From positions 128,001 to 192,000 of the forward strand of contig CAWANH010000029.1 in assembly GCA_963783375.1 (NCBI GenBank): 64,000 nt of DNA, read 5' to 3'. The first letter of the stretch is position 1. Each line of letters starts with the position of its first letter. Made by a program: the position numbers and the translations under genes. Source of the DNA: Candidatus Eiseniibacteriota bacterium. Lineage in GTDB: Bacteria; Eisenbacteria; RBG-16-71-46; JABDJR01. Below are positions 44,155 through 52,693 of the stretch, piece after piece. Below the pieces are notes generated by a model that was not told where the DNA came from, searched no databases, and was given only the letters and a program-made list of their open reading frames with translations.

Positions 44155-45748
44155 GTCCCGCGTTTCTCCCGGGTACGGTGTGCCGGGCCAGCGCTGGCTG
44201 GCCCCGGCGCGCCTGGCCGCCGCCATCCTGCTCCTGGGGCTGACCCTGTTCGCGGGGGATGGCTACCGGTGGCCGGGGTTGGTCTACCTGGCCGCGGGAA
44301 TAGCGGGAGCGACCGCGCTCCTGGGGGGGTGGGTCCGTGGCGGCAGGAACGTGATCAGCCTGCTGTTCCTGGCCGATCTGGGATGGATCGGCCTGGCGGT
44401 GGTGGCCAGCGGGAGTCCCGAGGTGGGGTTCACCCTCCTCTTTCCCCTGGTGGCGTTCGGGGCGGGTCTTACCGTGGGAGGGAAACGGGCGCTGGGCCTG
44501 AGCCTTCTCGCCGGGGCCGCCCTGGTGGTTTCGGTCACCCGGCTTTCCGTGCCCCCCGCCGACCCGGCGTGGCTGGCCGTGCAGGGGCTCCTGGTCCTGG
44601 TGCTGGGGGTGGTGAGCGACCGCACCCGGGCGCTGTTGCTCTCGAGGGAGCGGGCGCTGGTCCACGCCTCCCGGGCCCTGGAGCGGATGAGGCTGGACAC
44701 CGACACCATCGTCCAGAACCTGGGAAGCGGTCTTCTGAGCCTGGATCGCGTCGGCTGTGTGGGGCACCTCAATCGGGCGGCGGAGGAGACCCTGGCGATT
44801 TCCGCGGAGAAAGTGCGGGGGAAGCGCTGTGTCGAGGCGCTTCCCGACTACCTGGCTCCGCTCCGGGATCTGGTCCTTTCCAGCCTGGCCGAGGGACGGT
44901 CCGCCCTCCGGTGCGAGATGGATCTTCTGGTGGACGGCCGCCGGGTGCCGCTCGGGGTGAGCACCACCATCCTCTACGGCGCCGAGGGCGAGACGACCGG
45001 GGTGGTGGCGCTCTTCCAGGACCTGACCGAGGTGCGCCGCCAGGAGGCCCTGGACCGCCGCCGGGACCGTCTGGCCGCGGTGGGCGAGCTGGCCGCGGGA
45101 ATCGCCCACGAGATCCGGAACAGCGTCCTTCCCCTGGGAGGATCGGTGCAGATCCTGGCCCAGGAGCTGACCCTGGATGCCGAACAGAAGAAGCTTTTCG
45201 AGGTCATCAGCCGGGAAATGGAGAACGTGGAGCGATTCGTCGGCGCGCTCCTCTCCTACACCCGGACCCAGACCCTCCACGCGAACCGGGTGGATCTCCG
45301 CGCCCTGGCCCGGGAAGCCGCGGATGAAATCCGGCTTTCCCGCCCGGACCCACCGGTGGTGGAGACCCGCGAGGGCGAGGCCTGGGCCTGGGGCGACGCC
45401 GACCAGCTTCGCCAGGCGGTACGGAACCTGGCCCTGAACGCCGCCGACGCCGCCGGGGACGCGGGGAAGGTGTTTCTTTCCAGCGGGTCGGCCGCCGATG
45501 GCCGGCCCTGGATCGAGGTGGAGGACGACGGTCCCGGCGTTCCCGCCGCCGACCGGGACAGGGTGTTTCAGCCCTTCTTCACCACCAAGCCGGGGGGGAC
45601 GGGTCTGGGCTTGGCCATAGTCGCCCGGATCACCGAGGACCACGGCGGCCAGCTCCAGCTTCTCGATTCGGCGCTGGGCGGGGCCCGTTTTCGCATGGTG
45701 CTCTCGGAACCGGCCGAAGACCCGTCGCTCCTGACGACGGCGGCCTGA
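44141..45748 (+). CDS. pilS: Membrane sensor histidine kinase with PAS domain
   Basis: Multiple TMs, AHEIRN H-box, DDGPG, PFFTTK.GGTGLGL; located between pilC and pilR; start uncertain. Confidence 0.85.
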   Translation: MERTRSRVSPGYGVPGQRWLAPARLAAAILLLGLTLFAGDGYRWPGLVYLAAGIAGATALLGGWVRGGRNVISLLFLADLGWIGLAVVASGSPEVGFTLLFPLVAFGAGLTVGGKRALGLSLLAGAALVVSVTRLSVPPADPAWLAVQGLLVLVLGVVSDRTRALLLSRERALVHASRALERMRLDTDTIVQNLGSGLLSLDRVGCVGHLNRAAEETLAISAEKVRGKRCVEALPDYLAPLRDLVLSSLAEGRSALRCEMDLLVDGRRVPLGVSTTILYGAEGETTGVVALFQDLTEVRRQEALDRRRDRLAAVGELAAGIAHEIRNSVLPLGGSVQILAQELTLDAEQKKLFEVISREMENVERFVGALLSYTRTQTLHANRVDLRALAREAADEIRLSRPDPPVVETREGEAWAWGDADQLRQAVRNLALNAADAAGDAGKVFLSSGSAADGRPWIEVEDDGPGVPAADRDRVFQPFFTTKPGGTGLGLAIVARITEDHGGQLQLLDSALGGARFRMVLSEPAEDPSLLTTAA

Positions 45749-45781
45749 GTGTTGGCTTCGACGACGAAAGGACTCTAGGAG

Positions 45782-47191
45782 ATGGCGCAAGAAAAGATCC
45801 TGGTGGTGGACGACGAACAGAGCATGATCCAGTTCCTCTCCGCCCTGCTCCGGCGCGAGGGGTACGAGGTACTCGCCGCCCGCTCCGGAGCCGAGGCGCT
45901 GGACGTCGCCCGGGAGCACGCGCCCGATGTGGTCATCACCGACATCAAGATGCCCGGTATGGACGGGTTGGCGCTCCTGGAAAGCCTCAAGCAGCAGGAC
46001 GAGAGCCTTCCGGTGATCATCATGACCGCCTACGCGTCCCAGAAGTCGGCCATCGATGCCTTGAACCTGGGGGCGTTCCAGTACATGGAGAAGCACGCCA
46101 AGAACGACGAGATCAAGCTGGCGGTGCGAAACGCCCTGGAGATGCGGAAGGTCCGTTCGGAGAACTCGTACCTCAAGCGCCAGCTCAAGAAGAGCCACGC
46201 CACCAAGGAGATCATCGGGAAGTCGGACCAGATGATGCAGGTGTTCAAGATGGTGGACAAGGTGGCCGAGACCGACTCCACCATCCTCATCTCCGGCGAA
46301 TCCGGCACCGGGAAGGAGCTGATCGCCCGGGAAATCCACTACCGGAGCCGCCGCTCCGGCGGGTCCTTCGTCTCCATCAATTGCGGGGCCCTGCCCAAGG
46401 ATCTCCTGGAGTCCAATCTCTTCGGGCACGTCAAGGGGTCCTTCACCGGTGCGGTGCGCGACCAGTTGGGGCTCTTCCAGGTGGCGGAGGGAGGCACGTT
46501 CTTCCTGGACGAGGTGGGGGAGACGCAGCCGGCCACGCAGGTGAAGCTCCTGCGCGCGCTCCAGGAGCGGGAGATCATACCGGTGGGCGGAACCAAGCCG
46601 ATCAAGATCGACGTGCGCCTGGTGGCCGCGACCAATTCCGACCTGGAGCGGGACGTCCGCGAGGGCCGGTTCCGCACCGACCTCTACTACCGTTTGAACG
46701 TGATCCCGCTCCGCCTGCCGTCGCTCCGCCAGCGGCTGGACGACATCCCGATCCTGGCCGACCACTTTCTCCGGCGGTTCCCGGGCCCCAACGGCCTGAA
46801 GCGCCTCAGCAAGCAGTGCCTGGAGGTTCTGGGCCGGTACAACTGGCCCGGGAACGTCCGTGAGCTGGAGAACGTGATCGAGCGGGCGGTGATCCTCTCC
46901 GAGTCGGACGAGATCGACGTGGAGGACCTTCCGGAGAAGGTGGTGCGTGGGGACGCCACCCGGGGGAGCCTGGTGATCGACCAGCCCGACTTCACCCTCG
47001 AGGAACTGGAACGGGAGTACATCCTCAAGGTGCTGGAGCACACCGGCTGGCAGAAGAAGCGGGCCTCGGACATCCTGGGGATCAACGCCTCCACTCTCTA
47101 CCGGAAGCTCCAGGCCTACAAGGCCCAGGGCCTGATCGCGGAAGGGGCGGATCACGAGGGAGACGACGAGATCCTGGACGCGGCCGCCTAG
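45782..47191 (+). CDS. pilR: sigma54-dependent response regulator (NtrC family)
   Basis: Receiver domain, GESGTGKE, GSFTGA, WPGNVREL, Fis HTH; directly upstream of pilA. Confidence 0.92.
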   Translation: MAQEKILVVDDEQSMIQFLSALLRREGYEVLAARSGAEALDVAREHAPDVVITDIKMPGMDGLALLESLKQQDESLPVIIMTAYASQKSAIDALNLGAFQYMEKHAKNDEIKLAVRNALEMRKVRSENSYLKRQLKKSHATKEIIGKSDQMMQVFKMVDKVAETDSTILISGESGTGKELIAREIHYRSRRSGGSFVSINCGALPKDLLESNLFGHVKGSFTGAVRDQLGLFQVAEGGTFFLDEVGETQPATQVKLLRALQEREIIPVGGTKPIKIDVRLVAATNSDLERDVREGRFRTDLYYRLNVIPLRLPSLRQRLDDIPILADHFLRRFPGPNGLKRLSKQCLEVLGRYNWPGNVRELENVIERAVILSESDEIDVEDLPEKVVRGDATRGSLVIDQPDFTLEELEREYILKVLEHTGWQKKRASDILGINASTLYRKLQAYKAQGLIAEGADHEGDDEILDAAA

Positions 47192-47223
47192 CCGGGCCGA
47201 TCGCTCCATCGCTCCATCGATTC

Positions 47224-47256
47224 GGCGCCCCGGAAGACCCTTCCGGGGCGCCTTTG
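47224..47256 (+). terminator. Intrinsic terminator after pilR
   Basis: 13-bp stem GGCGCCCCGGAAG/CTTCCGGGGCGCC followed by TTTG. Confidence 0.7.
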
Positions 47257-47325
47257 CATGTGAGCCGGACGCTCGCATGCACCCTGCACGATCATGCAAC
47301 CGGCATGCGCGGGATGCACGACGCA
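47255..47325. promoter_or_regulatory. Putative PilR upstream activator sites
   Basis: Cluster of TGCA/TGCG at 47255, 47278, 47285, 47295, 47306 and 47315, about 120-180 bp upstream of the sigma54 promoter. Confidence 0.4.
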
Positions 47326-47434
47326 CGAAAAGACGGGCCCCCGGGGCGTCCGGCGGCGGACGAGCCCGGGTTTGAGGTTCCGCAACCGTCGACCGGACAA
47401 CGAATTGAAAAAAAGAAATTCGGACCGTGACGCT

Positions 47435-47450
47435 TGGCACAGCGAGTGCA
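47435..47450 (+). promoter_or_regulatory. sigma54 promoter of pilA
   Basis: TGGCAC-AGCGA-GTGCA with correct GG/GC spacing; A-tract immediately upstream. Confidence 0.8.
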
Positions 47451-47479
47451 ATTACCTGGTGCCGTCACTGGTTTCGAGC

Positions 47480-47506
47480 TCAAGTAGGTCGCTCGGAAGC
47501 CGAAAA
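47480..47506 (+). promoter_or_regulatory. sigma28-like promoter of pilA
   Basis: TCAAG-N14-GCCGAAAA. Confidence 0.6.
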
Positions 47507-47561
47507 ACCCAGACAGAGTCAACCACCCGGTTCACAAAGTCTGCTTCAGGAGGTCAAATCC

Positions 47562-47987
47562 ATGCTTCGGAATTCCAAGGGTTTCACCCTGATCGAGCTG
47601 ATGATCGTCGTGGTCATCATCGGGATCCTGGCGGCCATCGCCATCCCGAACTTCATCTCCATGCAGGACCGTGCCCGTGAGGGCAGCGTGAAGGCCAACA
47701 TGCACACCATCCAGCTCGCGACCGAGGACTTCGCGGTCCAGAGCAACGGCGTGTATCCGACCGCGGCCGCCGACGCCACCCCCAACGGCGACACCGTTGT
47801 GGATCTCTGCGCCAACGGCGTGTATCCGAACAACCCCTTCACCGGCGCCGCCACCGCGGTCAGCTGGGGTGCCGCCCCGGCGGCCCAGGGCGAGGTCGGG
47901 TTCAGCACCGCCACCACGACCCAGTACGTGATCCAGGGTTATGGGAAGAGCGCGCTTCTGAGCCTGCAGCTCACCAACGGTTCCTAG
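47562..47987 (+). CDS. pilA: Major type IVa pilin
   Basis: MLRNSKG|FTLIELMIVVVIIGILAAIAIPNF; AGGAGG RBS; own promoters and terminator. Confidence 0.93.
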   Translation: MLRNSKGFTLIELMIVVVIIGILAAIAIPNFISMQDRAREGSVKANMHTIQLATEDFAVQSNGVYPTAAADATPNGDTVVDLCANGVYPNNPFTGAATAVSWGAAPAAQGEVGFSTATTTQYVIQGYGKSALLSLQLTNGS

Positions 47988-48010
47988 TCCTGACCTGATC
48001 GTTCGAAGCG

Positions 48011-48045
48011 GCGGCGGGGCCCATCGGGTCCCGCCGCTTCTCTTT
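48011..48045 (+). terminator. Intrinsic terminator after pilA
   Basis: 12-bp stem GCGGCGGGGCCC/GGGTCCCGCCGC followed by TTCTCTTT. Confidence 0.75.
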
Positions 48046-48088
48046 GCCCGGCGGGCGGCGGGAACCGGCGGAGCGATCGGCGCCCGGG

Positions 48089-48116
48089 TCAAGTTCCGGC
48101 TGAGATCAGCCGATAA
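48089..48116 (+). promoter_or_regulatory. sigma28-like promoter for the ABC/TPR/pilD unit
   Basis: TCAAG-N15-GCCGATAA (consensus -10). Confidence 0.7.
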
Positions 48117-48153
48117 CCCATCCGGTGACGCTCGTCTCGAAGGGGGAGGATAC

Positions 48154-49158
48154 ATGCCCATGCCCGCGCTCTCCATACACACCGCGCCGGCCCGGGCCGC
48201 GGCGATCTCCGTGGCCCGGCTGGCCAAGACCTATCGCGATTCCTGGGGGCGGCGGATCGTTGCCCTCCGGGACGTGACCTTCTCGGTGGCCCCGGGGGAG
48301 ATCTTCGGTCTCCTCGGTCCCAACGGGGCGGGGAAGTCCACCACCCTCAAGATCATGCTCGGTCTCCTCCCGCCCACCTCCGGGCTGGGTACCCTGCTGG
48401 GCAAGAAGCTCGGGGACGTGGCCACGCGCCGGCGCCTCGGATTTCTGCCCGAAAACCCCTACTTCTACGACTACCTGACCGCCCGGGAATTCCTGGACAC
48501 CTGCGCCGAGCTCACCTCCATGCCCCGGGCCGGCCGGCGGGACCGGATCGAGGGGACCCTCGCCCGGGTGGGGCTCGACCCGGGCGAGAACCGCCGGCTC
48601 CGGAAGTTCTCCAAGGGGATGCTCCAGCGGGTGGGTCTGGCCCAGGCCATCCTTCATGATCCGGAGCTGGTGATCCTGGACGAGCCGATGTCCGGGCTCG
48701 ATCCGGTGGGCCGGCGCCAGGTGCACGATCTCATCCTGGAGCTCAAGGCGCGGGGAAAGACGGTGATCTTCTCCTCCCACGTGCTTCCCGACGTGGAGGC
48801 GGTCTGCGATCGGGTGGGGATCCTGGTGGAGGGCGTCCTCCGCCGGACCGGCTCGGTCCGGGACCTGGTGAGGAGCGACCAGGCCGATTTCGAGATCGAG
48901 GCGCGGGACCTTCCCGCCTCGCTCTGGCAGAGCTGGTCCGCGGAAGGGATCGCCCGGAAGACCGGCGACCGGACGGTGGTGACCGCCCCGGGCCGGGTGG
49001 AGATGGAGGAGCGGGTCCAGCAGGTGATCCGCTCGGGAGCGGCCCTCCTGGCCGTCCGGCCGATGCACGCCTCCCTGGAGGACGTGTTCCTGGCCGAGAT
49101 CCGGGAACCCGCTCCCCCCGCGGACCCGGGGCATCACGAGAGGAGGGGCGCGGCATGA
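48154..49158 (+). CDS. ABC transporter ATP-binding protein (Myxococcus PilH-like)
   Basis: GPNGAGKST, FSKGMLQR, LDEPMSGLDP; located after pilA. Confidence 0.9.
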   Translation: MPMPALSIHTAPARAAAISVARLAKTYRDSWGRRIVALRDVTFSVAPGEIFGLLGPNGAGKSTTLKIMLGLLPPTSGLGTLLGKKLGDVATRRRLGFLPENPYFYDYLTAREFLDTCAELTSMPRAGRRDRIEGTLARVGLDPGENRRLRKFSKGMLQRVGLAQAILHDPELVILDEPMSGLDPVGRRQVHDLILELKARGKTVIFSSHVLPDVEAVCDRVGILVEGVLRRTGSVRDLVRSDQADFEIEARDLPASLWQSWSAEGIARKTGDRTVVTAPGRVEMEERVQQVIRSGAALLAVRPMHASLEDVFLAEIREPAPPADPGHHERRGAA

Positions 49159-49919
49159 GGACCCTGGCCATCGCCCGGAACACCTTTCGAGAGGCCCTGC
49201 GGGACCGGGTCCACTGGATCCTCATTCTCTACGCGGTGGTGGTGGTGGGCGGCGCCTTCGTCCTGAGTCCGCTCTCCATGGGGGAGGGTGGCCGGGTCAC
49301 CCGCGACCTCGGTCTGGCCGCGATCTCGTTGGTGGGGGCGCTCCTCATCATCCTGGTGGGGGCGGGCCTGGTGCAGAAGGAGATCGAGCGCCGGACGGTC
49401 CTCACCGTCCTGGCCAAGCCGCTCCACCGCCCGGAATTCCTGGTGGGAAAATACCTCGGCATGCTGGGGATGGTGGTGGTGGTGTTCGTCCAGATGGTCG
49501 CGCTCCTGGTGGCGGTGATCTGGATCCGGGACCGGACGGTGACCCCGGCGGTCCTGGTCGCGGCCGGGTTCACCCTCGGGGAGCTCACGGTCATGACCGC
49601 GGTGGTGGTGGCGTTCTCGTCCTTCGTCTCGCCGGCGCTCTCCGGCGTCTTCACCCTGGCCGTGTTCGTGTTCGGGCATTTCGCGGGGGATCTTCTCCGG
49701 TTCGCCGACCGGGCCCCGTCCGTGATCCTGGCCGGGGCGGCCAAAGGGGTCTACTTCATCCTTCCCCATCTGAGCCTCTTCAATCTCCGGGCCGAGGCCG
49801 CCTACGGCATTCTCCCCGATCCGGGCCGGGTGGCGGCGGCGGCGATCTACGCGGTGCTCTACAGCGCCAGTCTCCTCGCCGTGGCCTCGGTGATCTTCTC
49901 CCGGAGGGAATTCCGATGA
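49155..49919 (+). CDS. ABC-2 permease (Myxococcus PilI-like)
   Basis: IARNTFREALRDR, KEIERRTV..VLAKP..R.EFLVGKY, ends FSRREF. Confidence 0.88.
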   Translation: MRTLAIARNTFREALRDRVHWILILYAVVVVGGAFVLSPLSMGEGGRVTRDLGLAAISLVGALLIILVGAGLVQKEIERRTVLTVLAKPLHRPEFLVGKYLGMLGMVVVVFVQMVALLVAVIWIRDRTVTPAVLVAAGFTLGELTVMTAVVVAFSSFVSPALSGVFTLAVFVFGHFAGDLLRFADRAPSVILAGAAKGVYFILPHLSLFNLRAEAAYGILPDPGRVAAAAIYAVLYSASLLAVASVIFSRREFR

Positions 49920-50656
49920 GGTTCCGGCCCGCCGCGGCGGGGCTCGCCCTGGCCGCCGTTCTCTGGGGCCTGGCGGTGACGGTGTCGCCCCGGGCCGAGG
50001 CCGACCGCGCGCACGGGCAGGAGCTCCTCTACTATCCCAACGGACAGTTCCTGAAGGAGGCCGCTCTCGGGTACGACCAGGCCGCCTCCACGATGGCCTG
50101 GCTGCGCACCGTCCAGTACTATGGCGAGCACAAGCGGGGGGACCAGGAGTTCGACTACATGTATCATCTCTGTGACGTGGTCACGGATCTGGATCCTCAC
50201 TTCGAGGAGCCCTACATCTTCGGGTCCTTCGTCCTCCACTCCGAGGGCGGACGCCCGGCGGAAGGGATGGATCTCCTGGCCAAGGCCCGGCGGGCGAACC
50301 CCGATTCCTGGCGGATCCTGTTCGAGACCGGATTCGAGAACTACATCTTCTGGAACCGCTACGCCGAGGCGACGCGCTACTTCCAGGCCGCCGCGGTCAA
50401 GCCCGGGGCCCCGGAGTACACGACCCGGTTCGCGGCCTACGTGGCGCAGAAGGCCGGAGAGCTCGAGACCTCGGCCCTGCTCTGGAAGGAAATGGCCCAG
50501 CGCACCGACAACCCCAAGCTCCGGGATCTGGCCCTCGAGCGGGCCGGGGAGATCGAGGCCAGGATCGCGGGGCGGGACGCCGGGACGGGCGCCGCGAACC
50601 CCGGCGCGAAGCCCGGCGCGAAGGAGAGCCCGGACACCTTGGGAACCGACCGGTGA
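49916..50656 (+). CDS. Pilus-associated TPR protein (PilG/XapA-like)
   Basis: N-terminal TM; WLRTVQYYG, VTDLDPHF..PY.FG; TPR-like helices. Confidence 0.7.
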   Translation: MRFRPAAAGLALAAVLWGLAVTVSPRAEADRAHGQELLYYPNGQFLKEAALGYDQAASTMAWLRTVQYYGEHKRGDQEFDYMYHLCDVVTDLDPHFEEPYIFGSFVLHSEGGRPAEGMDLLAKARRANPDSWRILFETGFENYIFWNRYAEATRYFQAAAVKPGAPEYTTRFAAYVAQKAGELETSALLWKEMAQRTDNPKLRDLALERAGEIEARIAGRDAGTGAANPGAKPGAKESPDTLGTDR

Positions 50657-51441
50657 CCCTCGCCATGTATCCGATCTGGTTCGTCCTGGCCGCCACCGGT
50701 CTCTTCGGTGCGGTCCTGGGTTCGTTCCTGAACGTCTGTGTCTACCGCATCCCGCGGGGGCTCTCGGTGGTTTCCCCCCCTTCCGCCTGCCCGAGCTGCG
50801 GGAAGAGGATCGCCCCCTACGACAACGTCCCCGTCCTGGCCTGGCTCTGGCTCGGGGGAAAGTGCCGGAGCTGCCGGAGCGCCATCTCTCCGCGCTACCC
50901 GGTGGTGGAGGCGCTCACCGCCGCGGTGTTCCTCGGCCTGGGCTGGCGCTACGGGCTCCGGTGGGAGCTTCTTCCCGCGCTCTACTTCGCCGCGGCCATG
51001 ATCGCGGTCACCCTGATCGACTTCGACGCCCGCATCATCCCCGACGCCATCACCCTTCCCGGTATCCCCCTGGGGATTCTGGCCGCCCTGGTGACCCCGG
51101 TCACCGTGCCGAGCGCGGTGATCGGCGCCGCCCTGGGCTTCGCGCTCCTCTGGGGGCTCGGCTGGGCCTACCGCCGCGCCACCGGGATCGACGGCATGGG
51201 TGGGGGCGACGTCAAGCTCGCGGCCATGCTGGGGGCGTTCCTGGGCTGGCCGGGACTCATCCTCACCGTGTTCGGGGCCTCGTTCCTGGGCACGGTCACC
51301 GGGGTGGCGATGATGGCCCGGGGGCGGGGGGGACGACGCACCGCGCTTCCCTTCGGCACCTTCCTGGCTCCGGTGGGCCTCCTGGTCTACGTCTGGGGCC
51401 CCCAGATCATCCACTGGTACCTCGCCTTCTCCCGGCGATAG
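50653..51441 (+). CDS. pilD: Prepilin peptidase
   Basis: GSFLNV..YRIP, CPSC/CRSC, GMGGGDVKL, LPFGTFL. Confidence 0.95.
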   Translation: MTLAMYPIWFVLAATGLFGAVLGSFLNVCVYRIPRGLSVVSPPSACPSCGKRIAPYDNVPVLAWLWLGGKCRSCRSAISPRYPVVEALTAAVFLGLGWRYGLRWELLPALYFAAAMIAVTLIDFDARIIPDAITLPGIPLGILAALVTPVTVPSAVIGAALGFALLWGLGWAYRRATGIDGMGGGDVKLAAMLGAFLGWPGLILTVFGASFLGTVTGVAMMARGRGGRRTALPFGTFLAPVGLLVYVWGPQIIHWYLAFSRR

Positions 51442-51566
51442 GGGAGAGGACGCCGAGGCCGCTCCGGGCCTTTCCGGCGCCGTTTCCGGGACCGCGGCGA
51501 CCGGCTGAGACGGGCCGCGGTTGCGCCAAATGACCTCGTCCCTCTCCCCACTCGTCCCGCCTTCCA

Positions 51567-51594
51567 TCAAGACCCTCCCCCCGGACGCCGAAGT
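51567..51594 (+). promoter_or_regulatory. sigma28-like promoter upstream of the minor pilin operon
   Basis: TCAAG-N15-GCCGAAGT. Confidence 0.5.
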
Positions 51595-51721
51595 CTGGGT
51601 TGCGGATTTCACGGTCGGACCGCGCAGACTGCGCTCCGGGTGACCTAACCCATTGATTCACCGTGGGTCTAACCCTCGCTCTTTGAGACGGTTGGTGGGT
51701 AGGTCGCTCGAACCCGATCGA

Positions 51722-51737
51722 TGGCACTGGTCTTGCC
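51722..51737 (+). promoter_or_regulatory. sigma54 promoter of the minor pilin operon
   Basis: TGGCAC-TGGTC-TTGC matches the consensus, about 55 bp upstream of fimT. Confidence 0.8.
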
Positions 51738-51790
51738 TGCTAAGGGGGCGGCAAACCCTGTGCGGAGATCCATGACTCCGGGAGGTCCCT

Positions 51791-52270
51791 ATGCGTACGC
51801 CGAGCCGGGAGGCCGGCTTCTCGATGGTCGAGATTCTGGTGGTGCTCCTGATTCTGGGCATCACCCTGGCCGCGAGCGTCCCCGCGTTCACCCGGTACCT
51901 GGCTTCCAGCACCCTGGACAACGCCGGCTCGGAGTTCGCGGGACGGCTCCGGTTGGCCCGTCAGACCGCGGTGGCCCAGGAAGTGCCCCAGATCGTGTCC
52001 TGGGACACCGTCGCCAAAACCTACACCATCGTCTCCGACACCAACGGCGACGGGATCGTCCAGGGGGGCGAACCGATTCTGGGTCCGTTCACCCTTCCCG
52101 ACGGCATCGACCTGGCCAACGACACCGGCGATCCGTTCGGCGGCACGACCCTGACCTTCAACGCCAACGGGAGCGCCTCCGAATCGGGATCGATGGTTCT
52201 CTCCAACGCCAAGAACGGATCGGTAACTCTTTCGGTCCTGTCGCCCACCGGGCAGGTCCGCCTGCATTGA
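51791..52270 (+). CDS. fimT: FimT/GspH-family minor pilin
   Basis: AG|FSMVEILVV; LRLARQTAV; LTFNANG; V.S.TGQVR. Confidence 0.85.
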   Translation: MRTPSREAGFSMVEILVVLLILGITLAASVPAFTRYLASSTLDNAGSEFAGRLRLARQTAVAQEVPQIVSWDTVAKTYTIVSDTNGDGIVQGGEPILGPFTLPDGIDLANDTGDPFGGTTLTFNANGSASESGSMVLSNAKNGSVTLSVLSPTGQVRLH

Positions 52271-52281
52271 GGGAGATCGTC

Positions 52282-52677
52282 ATGCGGAAATTTCGACGGC
52301 ATCGGCTCGGGTCGAACCGGGAAGGGTTCAGCCTGATCGAGGTGATGATCGCCCTGACCTTCCTGGGCATCGGCCTCCTGGCCATCGCCCAGCTCATCCC
52401 TCTGGGGATGGCGGGGATCAGCGAGGCCCGGGTGCGCACCATCGCCGTGCAATCCGCGCAGCAGCGCATGGACGAGCTCAAGGTGAGCTCGTTCTCCTCG
52501 CCCGCCCTCACCGCCGGCACCTACACCGAGACCGCCGGCCGGTACACCATGAATTGGACGGTCACCGACGACGATCCGGTGCCGGGCAGCAAGCGCATCG
52601 ACATGACCGCAACCTGGCCGCATTTGAGCGGCACCCGGTCGGCCCGGTTGACCACCTACGTGACCGCACGTCGTTAG
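52282..52677 (+). CDS. pilV: PilV-like minor pilin
   Basis: EG|FSLIEVMIAL..LGIGLLA; AQQRMDEL. Confidence 0.85.
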   Translation: MRKFRRHRLGSNREGFSLIEVMIALTFLGIGLLAIAQLIPLGMAGISEARVRTIAVQSAQQRMDELKVSSFSSPALTAGTYTETAGRYTMNWTVTDDDPVPGSKRIDMTATWPHLSGTRSARLTTYVTARR

Positions 52678-52693
52678 GGAAGGAGTCATCACC

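Noticed and set aside
47562-47987. Electrically conductive (e-pilin) interpretation of PilA
   Set aside because: Full-length pilin lacking aromatics at positions 27 and 32, with long aromatic-free gaps
51745-51790. GGCAAACC resembling the start of a c-di-GMP-I riboswitch
   Set aside because: No GAAA tetraloop or GACGCAAA element follows, and the space between the sigma54 promoter and the RBS is too short
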